From a virus, in IMG/VR virus record IMGVR_UViG_3300048691_000182, positions 1 through 64,000 of that record: a stretch of DNA of 64,000 nt; one strand, written 5' to 3'. This document shows, in pieces, positions 35,483-47,400 of the stretch; the first letter of the stretch is position 1; every line of letters starts with the position of its first letter. Made by a program: the position numbers and the translations under genes. A model generated the notes under the pieces. That model was not told where the DNA came from and did not search any database. It saw nothing but the letters and a program-made list of their open reading frames with translations.

Positions 35483-38400
35483 CTAAGTACGTGCCATTGA
35501 CACTGGGACAGTTTTATTGGGTGTTCTTTGTGGTTGAGCACCCTGCACATTACTCGTATTCATATCATTATTACTAGGTGTGTTTTTCTCATCTACCTTC
35601 ATTGCTTTAGGTTGACCAGAATTTTCTAATAATTTCTGTAACACAGACAACATACTAGTCTGTACATCAAGAGATTTCTTCAAAGTAGTAGAAACATCAC
35701 CAATAGCATTTGTCATATCCGCATTAGGATTAGACTGAACTTGTTTAGTGGTGGGTACATTAAATCCACCTACATCTGCTCTAGGGGTCAGAGCAGCACT
35801 AATATTTCGATCAGGCTGGCTAGAGCTAGGCGTATTAGTAGAACTACTTTGACTAGGCATCCCAGCTATAGTACTAGCTGTTGAATTAGGAGCTTTTAGT
35901 CCCAAACCAGAACTACCGGGAACACCCGGTTTAACACCTTCTAAACTAGAGCCTGGCTTCAACCCTATACCACCTACGGGATGGTATTCAACTGGGACAC
36001 CGTGTTCTTTTACTTTATTCTTGACTCTACCGTCTAATAAAGAATAAACTTCAGAAATAGTCCTAGGTGTATTACCATTATAAAAAATACCAGGATTGCT
36101 CTTTGCTGCGTCTGGTAATACGTTAGCAGCAACAGTGTTTGGATCAGCACTAAAGAATTTCTTGGCACCTGCTGCACCTAAGAAATGAGCCATGTATAAA
36201 TCAGTAGCATTTAAGTCTGATTTACTACCGGACAAGGACTTCATATTTTCTTTAATGTACTCAGCAGTCATTAAAGCATTAGCCCTTGAATCCATGGGTG
36301 AAGTACCAGGTGTGATGCCGTACTTACTGCCATTTTTCCTAATCATGTCTTCCCAAGTTTTGTCAACAAATTGACCCAAACCTGAAGCTGTGCTAGACCC
36401 AGCTCTTGCATTAGGATTAAACCCGGATTCGATAGCTATAACAGGGGCTAAGATTTTAGGATCTACTCCAGTCATCTTTGAAGCACCAAGAATAACGTCT
36501 TTCTGACTCTCCCAGCCTTTTGCAGAACTACCCTCTCCAAGAAGAGAATACTTTCCGCCCGTCCCAGGAGTAGAAGATTTTAAAGCTTCCATCTTGTCGC
36601 CAGGGGCTGGTGCTCTAGACGAAGTAGACATCATTCCCTTACCTGATTCACTATCAGCACTGGATGTAATTCCTGCTAATCCAGAAGGTCCATCAGATTT
36701 AACTTGTGGTTTATCAGGGATAGTTTTCTTAGTAATATCAATCATTGTTCCGGCGTTACCCGCTTTTGCACTTTTATCAATAGCTGTTAATACTTTTGAA
36801 TTATCAGTGATTGCCGGTGACTCTGCTTTAGCAACAGCGCTTGGTGTTACATTCATGTCCAGTAGTTTCTTGGCTAATACTGGGTCTCTTGTAGCTAGTT
36901 TACTACCAGCAACAGTACCTAGACCGCCACCACCTTTGCCTAAAGAAGCCTGAATAGCTTTTGTGGCTGCTTGAGGATTTTGTTTAAATCCTTGAATATC
37001 AGTTTGAATACCAGCAGGCTCCATATGCCACTTTTCACCCCCAACAGGTCTGGTAAAACCATACTTACGCATTAGGCCTAGCTTTTCCATTTCATCAAGA
37101 GTAGCTGAATTTATATCCACAGCTAAACCAGACTCATGCATACTAGTACCAGGTTTAGCCGCCTTACTTGAGTCAGCGGCATACAGTTGTTGTTGCTGAG
37201 CAAAAGTTCTAAAACCATCGTTGATATAAACAGTCTTACCTGTCAGTTTACCAAACTCTTCAATCATACCGTTTAAGTTAGCTTTAAAGGCAGGATTTAA
37301 GTTATCAATATTAACACCTGGTTTTAATTTTGTAAACTGAGAAGCATTTCTACCATCAGAAATAGCACCTCCAGCTAAAACTAATCCATTAGGTGCCGCG
37401 CCACTAGTAGTATCAAAACCACCACTTCCTTTAGCACCTAGAGAACTAGACTCTGAATCAGGACCTCCTTGGGGTTTTCCTGATTCATAAGCGGAAGGAT
37501 TATTGCCTCTTGCTCTTGGAGATGTATCGGTTGAAGGTTTAACCTTACCTGCATCACTAGTCTGAGGGGTTAGTTTTTTCTTTATGGCTTCAGCTGCTAA
37601 TTCATTCTTAGCATCTTCTTGTAATGATTCTAATATATCTTTTAAAATACTAGAATTACTTCCTAAGCTATAACCATCCCAAGGTGAACTAGTAACACCC
37701 CATATTCCAGGTAAAGAAACTAGCTGATTTACAATGGTTAATTCTTGACTAGGTTTTAGTTGAGGTAGTTTACCTTTGACTAATTCGGACCCAGACATTT
37801 GTTTTACTAAACCTAGATAAGTTAAGTAAACAGGTAAGAATCTTTTCTGAAACCAATTAATCCAATCTTCACCCTTATCAGTGTTTCTAGAAACCCCAAA
37901 AACACCACCTATGGAGTCTATAATTATATTTGCATCAGCCTTGAGACTTGCTTTTCCATCAGCTCCATAAATACTGTTATCAGTAATTAGATCTTCTAAT
38001 TGGCGAAGACAGTTTACTTTCATGGTCTCCATTTTGTGTAAACCATATGCTCTAAATCTAGCGCCCTCTAAAGCCTCGATGGTGCCTGCTTTTCTATATC
38101 TTGGTGCAGAGCCCTTGGCTGATATATTGCGGGCCTCTGAGGCTGCTGTAGCTGCATCTCCTAAGCCATCAGCTTTGGTATTCTTAGCAGTAGAGTTAGT
38201 ATTTTTCTGATTTAGTTTATTTACTACATCTTCACCTAATTGTGCAGCGGTTGCCACACCTAAACGGGTAGAATCTTTCTTTTGTTTTAGATCTCTATCT
38301 GCGGCAGCTTTAGCTACTTTGAAAGCAGCTTCAACATCAGCACCGTTAGTTACTTTAACATCCGAAGTAATGTCAGGCCTATACTCAGAATCGTAAGGAC

Positions 38401-41400
38401 CTTCAGGAAAATGAACTAATTCTAAATATTTAACTTTAATGGCTGGTTTAAAATCATCAACCTCAGCTAAAGGTGTTTTATTATCTAAAGCAGCAATAGC
38501 GGTATAGTGCGTTAAGTAAACAGGTTTGAAACGATTAGTAAACCACGCTGTCCAGTTATTAAGAGCAGAGCTATCGTCCTTAGAAACATTGAACAAAGAC
38601 AAAGCTTTTTCCATGTCAAAGTTTTTATCGGATAATGAAGCTCTACCAGCTTTCACCATGGTTATTTTCTTTAGCATGTCTTCTAATTCAAGTATTTTTT
38701 GTATACCTGAATTATCATCTTGCCTATAACCGTACTGCACCATTCTGAAAGCAACTAAAGGACTAACTTTAGCTTTCAGGTATTTGTACGCTTTGTAACC
38801 ACCATAACTTAGTGCAGCCGCTGCGACTAAACCTAAGGTAATAGGTGATGTCAGAATAGCGCCTATAGTTGTTAAAGTACCAGCTAGTCCTGCCACTATT
38901 GTCGCACCTAAAGTACTGCCTGTTGCTGCTGTAGCCGCAGCCGTGGCACCTGTAGCAGCCGCTGCGCCACCACCAGTTGCACCTGCGGCTATTGTACCAG
39001 CGCTAGCTGTTGCTGCGCCAGTAGCTAAGGCACCCGCACCCATACCAAATAAGCGCATACCAGCAAGGCTAGTACCGACAGACTTTAAAGCAGAAGCACC
39101 TTTACGCAACCAACCCTTACCACCTTTTTTCTTAGATCCATCACCAATATCGAAGAGATCAGTAAGTGTATCCATAAGACCTGATAAAAGACCACCTTCT
39201 TTTTCGCTTTTCTTTACAGCTTCATCTGCTTTCTTAGCACCTTCTGCGACACTTTTACCTTTGGTACCAAAACCTTTTTGTTGCTTTCTCCACGAACCTT
39301 CACGCACACCGTCACCATCTGTATCGTTGAAAGCTTGTTTCTTCTTACCAGGTAATCTGTCGTTGAGAACCGTATAAATTTGAGTAAGTACGTTTACAGA
39401 AGCCTGACCATAGCCACCTATGTCAATCCCATTAACACCTCTGGTTATTAAATTAGCAGCTCCCTTTACTACATTTTTAACAACAGTACCAATACCTCTT
39501 GTAAACTTTAATCCAGAAATAATGGTGTTTTTAACCATTGCTAATATTTTCTGAATAGGTAGTCTAATTGGATCTCCTTTAGAATCTACTAAACCCATTT
39601 TTATTTGCTCGGTAGTTAAGACAACCTCACCGGTGCTATTTTTAATGACGCCATCAATATCAGAAGGCCTCATAACTGGTCCATTGTCAGAAGCTCTGAA
39701 ATAACCACCATTTCTCATAATGAGAGCCGTCATTACTGGGTTTTCAATACCTTTGACATAAATGTCAACTGGTTCATTGAGAATGTTTTTAGCTTTATTA
39801 ATTATAAATTTAGCTGTATCAAAACCCAATTTTAAAATAGGTGGAATAACTAAATTACCAAGATTAGATATTCTTCTAACATTTTTACCTAAGAAATTAC
39901 TTACGCCGGTAACGGTTTTAGATAAGAGGTTTCTAGAAACTAAATTCTTTAACTCGCTTGCTTCTAAAATAACATTGCCTGCTTTATCTCTTACTTCACC
40001 GGTAATATCCGAAATCTTTTCAATTACTTTTTTACTGTTAACGTCAATGTAAGCGCCTGCTTTCAGTAACTCAGCCCTTAAAGCGACCCCGTCCCTACCA
40101 GTAACGTAAAGATCACTTATCTCATTGTAAGCTTCTTTAGTTTTATTCCAAAGAAAACTTCTTGCTGGTTGTGTAAAGTCTTTTGCAATATTAAAAGCGC
40201 CTTTGGCAGTGTCTTTAACAATACCAGCAGTTTCAAAAGGTTTCTTTGCAACCCAAACGGTGGCGTTCTTAGTCTTTCTAAGGAAATTCACTATGTTGAT
40301 ATTTCCGCGAGAGAAAATATCCTTAGCATCGGTTTTTAAATCAGCATAGCTATTATTTCCAGAACCACCAGGCATTCCACGCGCCAGCATCTCAATCAAC
40401 GATCCAAAATAAATAGATTGATCTTGACTGTTAAGGCTGGTAGTAGATTCAATTTTCTCTAATAATTTTCTCATTAGAGTAGCTTCGCTAATGAGCGTGG
40501 TGTTTTCTTCTTTGGTAAGAATAGCCTCACCTTCGTGAATCTTTGCAAACATGTCATGCGGTACTTTGTCCACGCCCACTGCAAACGAAGGAACTCTTAC
40601 GTTTTTACCATTTTTACCTCGTGGTTTCTTTTTCTGTCCCGGCTTATCGTCCTTGCTTCTGAATACAAGATCATCCGCAGAATCCATACCACCAACACCA
40701 CCTGCGTAATTAAGTAGTTTCTCAATGTTAATGTTTCCATTTTCATTGACTAGGTCATTATTAGAGAGAAAATCATTCATTCCTAAATTGATCATCTCTT
40801 GTATTTTTGATGCAGGGTTTTCTAAATATTGTCCAACACTTTTTTGCTTATCTGTAAAAGCATTATGCTTAGAAAGTGTTTCGTTATCTAAGCCAAAACC
40901 TACCTTGGTGTGTTCTTGAACTTTGAAGAACTTAAGCATAACGTTATGTATTTCGTCAGCGTATTTCTCAGTTATTTTATCATTCGTAAAAGTATCTTTA
41001 TTAGTAACGCTACCAATACCTGAATTAGTGTTGTCTAGGTTCTGAGAAAGAAGCTTCTTACCTAATGCTACTCTTGCGTCAGGTGACATTTTACCACCAG
41101 GATCAACCATCTCTAGCAATTCATCTAACTGACGCCCAGTGGCGTTCTTGCCGCTAGACATATAGTTTTTACTTGCTTGCTTTATTTGTTCCTTGGTAAG
41201 TTTTTTATCTGGATCAATTTTCTTTAAGTGTTTCTTAAGGTCTTCATCTGTTGGATTACCTTCAACAAGATTATTCAGAAGATTCTTCTCAGCAATTTTA
41301 GCATCTAAAAACTTATTTTTAGTAACGTCGTATGTGGTGAGATTGATATTCTCGTCACCTGTGCGCATTACTTGGAGTTCTCTAAATATTCTTGATAGAT

Positions 41401-42739
41401 AACCAGGAATTACCTCGTTAATAGATTTATGTGTCTGCTTAGTAAAGATGTGTGGTTTATTTAAATCACCTAACTTGTCTTCTTTAACGCCAGTATCGGG
41501 ACTGAGATCAGGAACTAACTCTTGCAGAAGACTAATAAGCTTTGATCCTATATTGTCTTTATATAAGAGTTGCTTATTGTTTTTGAATTCGGTTAACTTA
41601 GCAGGTGCATTTCCAACAAAATCTTTAAGTAGTTCATTACCTTTAGCAATTGTTTTATGTTTACCTAGAAAATCTTTTTGTCCCTTAGCTAACTTCTCAG
41701 CTAACCAGGTAATAAAAGCACTGGAAGCCGTGTTGCCTGCTAAACCTAACTTATCATCAACTTGTTCTAAAGTTTCTTTAGCTTCGCCAGCTTGCTCCAG
41801 AGCACCTGTGGCCTCATTTATTTTATCTTTAAATAAACTTACCTTATCTTTGGCTAGTTTAGTAATGTGGTCACCAAATTTCTTACTGATGTTGCTATCA
41901 AATAACTTATTGGCCATTCTAGTACGCAACATCATATCTAGTCGTTCACTATTTGTCTGTTTGACAAAATCTGGTAGACCTGTATTCTTTTGAATAGCGT
42001 CTAAACTAGTTCTGAGAAAAGCATTTTGCTCTTTAGTTTCACTAAGTAAATCCATCATCACAAACTGCGTGCGCATTTGTGTTTCTAAAGATTTACGTTG
42101 AAAGTTAATAGTTATTTTATCCTGATACTGAGCAAGTCTATTAGTAGCGTTACCAATTCTATTAAGCATTCCAAACACATCTCTGTGTCTACCAATTTCA
42201 ATGCCTTCTTGTAGTCTTTCTCTTACTTCCTTACGAGCATCTTGCTTAGCATTATGCGTCATTTGGAATTTAAAAGTATCAGCTAAACTAATACCAAGAC
42301 CCTCTGTTCTCTGGTCTTCCTTACTAGCGGCTGACTGAGTTAATGCTTTTTGCTGATCAGCCCATTTATTAATAGAACTAAGAGTATTCTTTAAATAAGG
42401 AGCGCTAGTAGGTACTAATTTATCAGCCGCTTTGCTCATTTCAGCAATACTGGGCTTAATTTCCCTGGCAGCGTTATTGTATAGCTGCTTAGCTGTAGTA
42501 CCTACTTCATCTGCAAAATCCATCGCTTGGCCGTACCCTTCAGGTAGGGCTATGCGCAATAACTTCTTTATAAAAGAGGCATCTTTGATAGTAGATGTGG
42601 CACCTTCATAGACGCCATGCGCTAGTTTTGTAACTGGGGTTCTGTCGTCTTTGCCTTCGAGAGAATCGAAGTCGAAATCTGGTACATCAAAATCATCCTC
42701 CACAGGACGAGACGTATTTAGTTTGTCTGTCTTTGCCAT
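35483..42739 (-). CDS. Tape measure / virion-associated peptidoglycan hydrolase (phiKZ gp181-like) with M15 peptidase and SLT domains
   Basis: 2418 aa; Ala/Gly hydrophobic stretch; GFRT..QQ.LY...SMHESGLAVD...EKWHME (M15); IAIESGFNPNA...ASGLGQF...W, LYMAHFLG (SLT). Confidence 0.9.
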   Translation of the reverse strand: MAKTDKLNTSRPVEDDFDVPDFDFDSLEGKDDRTPVTKLAHGVYEGATSTIKDASFIKKLLRIALPEGYGQAMDFADEVGTTAKQLYNNAAREIKPSIAEMSKAADKLVPTSAPYLKNTLSSINKWADQQKALTQSAASKEDQRTEGLGISLADTFKFQMTHNAKQDARKEVRERLQEGIEIGRHRDVFGMLNRIGNATNRLAQYQDKITINFQRKSLETQMRTQFVMMDLLSETKEQNAFLRTSLDAIQKNTGLPDFVKQTNSERLDMMLRTRMANKLFDSNISKKFGDHITKLAKDKVSLFKDKINEATGALEQAGEAKETLEQVDDKLGLAGNTASSAFITWLAEKLAKGQKDFLGKHKTIAKGNELLKDFVGNAPAKLTEFKNNKQLLYKDNIGSKLISLLQELVPDLSPDTGVKEDKLGDLNKPHIFTKQTHKSINEVIPGYLSRIFRELQVMRTGDENINLTTYDVTKNKFLDAKIAEKNLLNNLVEGNPTDEDLKKHLKKIDPDKKLTKEQIKQASKNYMSSGKNATGRQLDELLEMVDPGGKMSPDARVALGKKLLSQNLDNTNSGIGSVTNKDTFTNDKITEKYADEIHNVMLKFFKVQEHTKVGFGLDNETLSKHNAFTDKQKSVGQYLENPASKIQEMINLGMNDFLSNNDLVNENGNINIEKLLNYAGGVGGMDSADDLVFRSKDDKPGQKKKPRGKNGKNVRVPSFAVGVDKVPHDMFAKIHEGEAILTKEENTTLISEATLMRKLLEKIESTTSLNSQDQSIYFGSLIEMLARGMPGGSGNNSYADLKTDAKDIFSRGNINIVNFLRKTKNATVWVAKKPFETAGIVKDTAKGAFNIAKDFTQPARSFLWNKTKEAYNEISDLYVTGRDGVALRAELLKAGAYIDVNSKKVIEKISDITGEVRDKAGNVILEASELKNLVSRNLLSKTVTGVSNFLGKNVRRISNLGNLVIPPILKLGFDTAKFIINKAKNILNEPVDIYVKGIENPVMTALIMRNGGYFRASDNGPVMRPSDIDGVIKNSTGEVVLTTEQIKMGLVDSKGDPIRLPIQKILAMVKNTIISGLKFTRGIGTVVKNVVKGAANLITRGVNGIDIGGYGQASVNVLTQIYTVLNDRLPGKKKQAFNDTDGDGVREGSWRKQQKGFGTKGKSVAEGAKKADEAVKKSEKEGGLLSGLMDTLTDLFDIGDGSKKKGGKGWLRKGASALKSVGTSLAGMRLFGMGAGALATGAATASAGTIAAGATGGGAAAATGATAAATAATGSTLGATIVAGLAGTLTTIGAILTSPITLGLVAAAALSYGGYKAYKYLKAKVSPLVAFRMVQYGYRQDDNSGIQKILELEDMLKKITMVKAGRASLSDKNFDMEKALSLFNVSKDDSSALNNWTAWFTNRFKPVYLTHYTAIAALDNKTPLAEVDDFKPAIKVKYLELVHFPEGPYDSEYRPDITSDVKVTNGADVEAAFKVAKAAADRDLKQKKDSTRLGVATAAQLGEDVVNKLNQKNTNSTAKNTKADGLGDAATAASEARNISAKGSAPRYRKAGTIEALEGARFRAYGLHKMETMKVNCLRQLEDLITDNSIYGADGKASLKADANIIIDSIGGVFGVSRNTDKGEDWINWFQKRFLPVYLTYLGLVKQMSGSELVKGKLPQLKPSQELTIVNQLVSLPGIWGVTSSPWDGYSLGSNSSILKDILESLQEDAKNELAAEAIKKKLTPQTSDAGKVKPSTDTSPRARGNNPSAYESGKPQGGPDSESSSLGAKGSGGFDTTSGAAPNGLVLAGGAISDGRNASQFTKLKPGVNIDNLNPAFKANLNGMIEEFGKLTGKTVYINDGFRTFAQQQQLYAADSSKAAKPGTSMHESGLAVDINSATLDEMEKLGLMRKYGFTRPVGGEKWHMEPAGIQTDIQGFKQNPQAATKAIQASLGKGGGGLGTVAGSKLATRDPVLAKKLLDMNVTPSAVAKAESPAITDNSKVLTAIDKSAKAGNAGTMIDITKKTIPDKPQVKSDGPSGLAGITSSADSESGKGMMSTSSRAPAPGDKMEALKSSTPGTGGKYSLLGEGSSAKGWESQKDVILGASKMTGVDPKILAPVIAIESGFNPNARAGSSTASGLGQFVDKTWEDMIRKNGSKYGITPGTSPMDSRANALMTAEYIKENMKSLSGSKSDLNATDLYMAHFLGAAGAKKFFSADPNTVAANVLPDAAKSNPGIFYNGNTPRTISEVYSLLDGRVKNKVKEHGVPVEYHPVGGIGLKPGSSLEGVKPGVPGSSGLGLKAPNSTASTIAGMPSQSSSTNTPSSSQPDRNISAALTPRADVGGFNVPTTKQVQSNPNADMTNAIGDVSTTLKKSLDVQTSMLSVLQKLLENSGQPKAMKVDEKNTPSNNDMNTSNVQGAQPQRTPNKTVPVSMART

Positions 42740-42780
42740 GTTTTATAAACTCCAAGTGGAATATTTTAAGAAAGATAGAA

Positions 42781-44421
42781 ATGAGTAATAATGAAATTCC
42801 GTTTAATATAAATATATTAAACCTTACAGATGATAAACTGACGGGAATGAAGCCTGTTAGGTCACAAGACATTTTTGATGGAGCAACTCGGAACTTTCAC
42901 GAAGACGGTATTTATAGTACCAGTATTTTTGGAAAAGTGGGAGATGAGAGAAGAAATAGACGTTTCTCTTATATTGACATCAAACTAGGTATTCTTCACC
43001 CTGTAGTTTACAGAGCTTTAATTAAAATAAAAGGTTTATACCAAGGCATTATTAACGGTACAGAATTTGTACTATGGAATAATGAAATTAAAGACTTTGA
43101 GAAAACAAATGCGTTAAGTGGTAAGACTGGTTATAGTTATTTCTTAGACCATTGGAAGGATATTAACTTTATTGAAAATGATAGCGATAGACGACAATTC
43201 AATATTGATATCTGTAAACGTTTTGCTAACAAAGCAATTCTTACTAAAATCACCGTCATTCCAGCAGGCGTAAGAGATCTTCAAGATAATGGTGGAGGTA
43301 GAACTGAAGAAGATGAAATTAATGTACTTTATAGAAAATTACTTTCATTTGCTAACTCTGTTCCCGCTACAGCTATTGAGACTAATCCAGAAATTTTAAA
43401 TAAAGCAAGAGTGGGTCTACAAAGAACCTATAATGAGATTTATGAATTAATAGAAAGTTTTGTTGAAGGTAAGAAAAAATTAATTACTGGTGGGTGGGCT
43501 GCCCGTAAGGTATTTAACGGAACACGTAATGTTCTTACCGCCATGAACTTTAACTCAGGCGACATGGGTTCACCCACTAACGTTGGTTTTAACGACACAG
43601 TGGTTGGTCTGTATCAGTTCCTAAAAGGCACGCTTCCTGTTAGTAAATACAATCTTAGAAATGGTTTCTTAAGTAAAGTATTTAGTGGTCCTAACTCTCC
43701 AGTTTACTTAACTAATATTAAAACAAGAAAACGTGAAGCCGTTAGAATTAATTCTAAACTTAGGGATATTTGGGATAGTGCTGAAGGTATTGAGAAAGTA
43801 ATTACTTCTTTTCAAGAAACTTCATTTAGATCAAATCCTGTTATTATTGAAGGTTACTATATTGGTTTAGTTTATAAAGGACCTGACGGTACATATAAAC
43901 TATTTCAAGATATCGAAGAGCTTCCTAAAACTAGGTCTGTCGATGATGTCCATCCAATTACTTTTACGGAGCTTTTATATTTATCTGTTTATAAAACAGC
44001 TAACAAATATCCTGCTTTTGTAACTCGTTACCCGATTACTGGTTACGGGTCAATATATCCTAGTAAGGTATTTTTAAAACCAACTATTAAAACAGAAATT
44101 AGAACAGAGCTAGACGACAACTGGCAACCAATGGATGACTCTAACACAGCTTATCAGTTTCCTATCACAGGTAGCTCGTTTGTTGACTCCATGGCTCCGC
44201 ATTCCACCCACCTGAGTAGACTGGGTGCTGACTATGATGGGGATACTGGAAGCTTAAATATAGCCTATACCGACGACGCAGTGGCTGAAATTGATAATTA
44301 CTTAAAAGATAAAAGTTACTATATTGGTACAGATGGTAGCATTAGTTTTAGTGCTAACACGGATACCATCACTTACGTTTTACACAACATGACTACTAAC
44401 GTAGAACAACCACAGGAATAA
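42781..44421 (+). CDS. Virion RNA polymerase beta' subunit, catalytic part (phiKZ gp180-like)
   Basis: Start MSNNEIPFN at 42781; GIYSTSIFG, VIPAGVRD, TRYP, and catalytic LGADYDGD. Confidence 0.92.
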   Translation: MSNNEIPFNINILNLTDDKLTGMKPVRSQDIFDGATRNFHEDGIYSTSIFGKVGDERRNRRFSYIDIKLGILHPVVYRALIKIKGLYQGIINGTEFVLWNNEIKDFEKTNALSGKTGYSYFLDHWKDINFIENDSDRRQFNIDICKRFANKAILTKITVIPAGVRDLQDNGGGRTEEDEINVLYRKLLSFANSVPATAIETNPEILNKARVGLQRTYNEIYELIESFVEGKKKLITGGWAARKVFNGTRNVLTAMNFNSGDMGSPTNVGFNDTVVGLYQFLKGTLPVSKYNLRNGFLSKVFSGPNSPVYLTNIKTRKREAVRINSKLRDIWDSAEGIEKVITSFQETSFRSNPVIIEGYYIGLVYKGPDGTYKLFQDIEELPKTRSVDDVHPITFTELLYLSVYKTANKYPAFVTRYPITGYGSIYPSKVFLKPTIKTEIRTELDDNWQPMDDSNTAYQFPITGSSFVDSMAPHSTHLSRLGADYDGDTGSLNIAYTDDAVAEIDNYLKDKSYYIGTDGSISFSANTDTITYVLHNMTTNVEQPQE

Positions 44422-44424
44422 ATT

Positions 44425-47400
44425 ATGCTTGCTTATGATCTATTCTACAGACACTCAGGTGTTAGAATACCACAACAATTAATGACTCCCATCATAACTT
44501 CTATGGAGAAGTTTGAGTTTCCTAAAAACTCTTTGTTTAACAGCATTTCTTACGATGGTGTACGCTCTGCCCCCAGTAGTGATGAATATTTGTTTAGACT
44601 CATTACTAAACAAATACTGATGGACCACGTTATTAATTTAACTGAGTTCACGGGTAACCCTAGAAGAATCAACACACAAATAACACCTTATATTCGTGAG
44701 TACCATGTTCACAATAGAAGGTTCAGGCTAAGCAAGGATATGGTTAAAACCGATAGAGAACAAAATACTCTAATGGTTACTAACTACGACTTCTTACCTA
44801 AGGCATATCGGTACACAAGAAATAAGTTTACAGAAGCATATATCTGGCATAACCTTACTAAGACTTTATGCGACACCATTGAGTCCCAAGCTAAAGTTAG
44901 TCAAAGACAACAATTCATTCTTATTGATCTTCCTACCATTCTACCGAGTGTTACATCTTTAGATCTTTATTCTAAGGTATTTAATACTAATTATTTAAAT
45001 ATTTTCAATACTGCTGAATCTAAAATGATTTTGGAGATTTGGAAGTGGTTAGGTGAAGACAGTAGAAAAGATTCTATTCTAAATACGTTATCTAAAGATT
45101 CTTTATCTAAAGTTAACATTATTTACAGAGATGTAAATAAGTGGTTAGTAGTGAATCTTGGAGTTTTGAATAGTTGGAGATATGTTAAAGTTGAGGATAG
45201 TGAACCAGGTCAGAAAATCAAGATAACGCCCGCTGATCTACAGAAACGGTTCTTGAGAATGTTGATGGGTTTAATGCATCTTAGAAGTACGCCTAGTGCT
45301 TCTGAAACTGAGAATCCAGAAACCACCGCCGATACAGCTGCTTCCGCACCTGAAGAAGATCCATTAAAGAATGAATTAAAACCTATTGTTGCTGAACAAG
45401 AGTTAACTGACGGAGTAGCTCTTAATAACGAAGAGACTAGACTAGAGGCTTCAAACAGACTCTTAGCCAGTATAGACGATGACTTAAAACAACTCGACGT
45501 TATTGAAAGCTTAAAATTAAGTGCTTTGGTAAATGCTGATTCTGAACAAGGTGATCAAAGTTTTAATGACTCTAGTGCTTCTTTAGAAGATTTTAACAAA
45601 GAAGTTAAACCGGAAGACGCCATTATTAAGATTTGTAATAAACAAGCTGATGACGGTATTATTACAGCAGCTGTTTTTAAGAATCTCGTAAGCGCAGCTT
45701 CTACTTACAAAACGCTAAAGGCACCAGGCACGGATGTTTCTCTAGAAGAGTACATTAACATACCTCCTGAGGACTTAGCCATTAACGAATCTAAGCCTAT
45801 CAAGAGTATTGCGACTGTACTTGATAAGTCAATGTTAAAAAGTAGTCTATTAACTTTTGATGAAAAGTATGTAGAGAAGGTTCTGTCTAAGGACATTGCT
45901 GGTATGGTAGTGGGGGTTCAGAAAGCTGGTGTCATTCTTAATGACTACTCTATCGAACGCCATAACGAATTACTTGGTGAGTACGAAGTCCACACAATGC
46001 GAGTAAGACCCGTTGAAGGTGTTAGTTCAGTTTTGCATTTTAGAATACCAGTTGTGCAAGAAGACGGAACACTAACCATTGCTGGTAATCGCTACAGACT
46101 TAGAAAACAGAGATCTGATTGCCCTATTAGAAAAATATCACCTAGGTCTGTTGCTCTCACTAGTTATTACGGTAAAACGTTTGTTAATAGAAACGATAAA
46201 AAAGTAAATGATTACGGAAATTGGCTCTGTAATAACATTATGCTTAAAGGACTAGATAGTACAGATGAAACTGTTTCTAACATAGCAACAGGTGATGTTT
46301 TTAATAATGATGCATCTGTACCTCGTGTTTACAGTGCCATCTCTCAAAACTTTATTAGTTTTAATTCACAAGGTTATAGTTTTAATTTTGATATTAACTC
46401 TATTGAGAAAATTCACGGTAAAGAAAATTCTGATAAACAAAAAGAGTTTGGTGTTACTTTGGTTGCTATTAATAACAAAGATGAAAGTCTTGGTATTGAT
46501 ATCGACAACAACATTGTTAAGATTGAAAAATCTGGTAATAAAATACTGGGTACTATTGAAAACTTTCTTGGTCTGAATCCTATTAATTCACCAATAGATT
46601 TTTCTGAACTCAAAGTAATGGGTAAGAATATTTCTGTAGGTTTAGTACTTGCTTACGACATTGGACTTAGTGAACTCTGCGAACGTTTAAAAGTAGAACC
46701 TAGAAAAGTTCTTGCTGGTAATAGATTAAACCTAGAACATCATGAGTACGCAATTACTTTTAGTGACGTAAGTTTAGTATTCAGCAAAAAAGATAAGTTA
46801 GCTACCTTAATTCTAGCTGGTTTTAATGAATACGATAAAGTCATTAGAAGATATTCTGTTGCAGCAATGGATAAACCAAATGTTTATCTAAATATTTTAG
46901 AATCCGCCGGAATGACAGTTAGGCACTTGCGCGAACTACAGAACTTAAATGGTTTGTTTGTTGACCCTATCACTAAAGAGCTTTTAGTGGAGATGAAAGA
47001 ACCTACCACGTTCCATGGTCTGTTAGTCAGAGGCAGCGAATTACTTTTAACAGACGAACATCCCGATCAACTCGATATGCGATACATGCGCATTAAGGGA
47101 TATGAACGTATTGCTGGTGCTGTTTATTCTGAGTTAGTACATTCTGTTCGTTCACACAGTAACCGACCTGGTAAGCACACTAAGCCGTTAGAACTACACC
47201 CTTACGCAGTATGGAAAAGAATTACTGCTGATCCAGCAATGGCTTTAATTTCAGATCTTAATCCAATCGAGAATTTGAAACAAATGGAAGCTGTGACTTA
47301 CAGCGGTGAAGGTGGTAGAAATAGTAGGACAATGACCAGAGATACAAGACAGTACCATGAGACAGATATTGGTGTTATCTCGGAGTCCACTGTTGATAGT

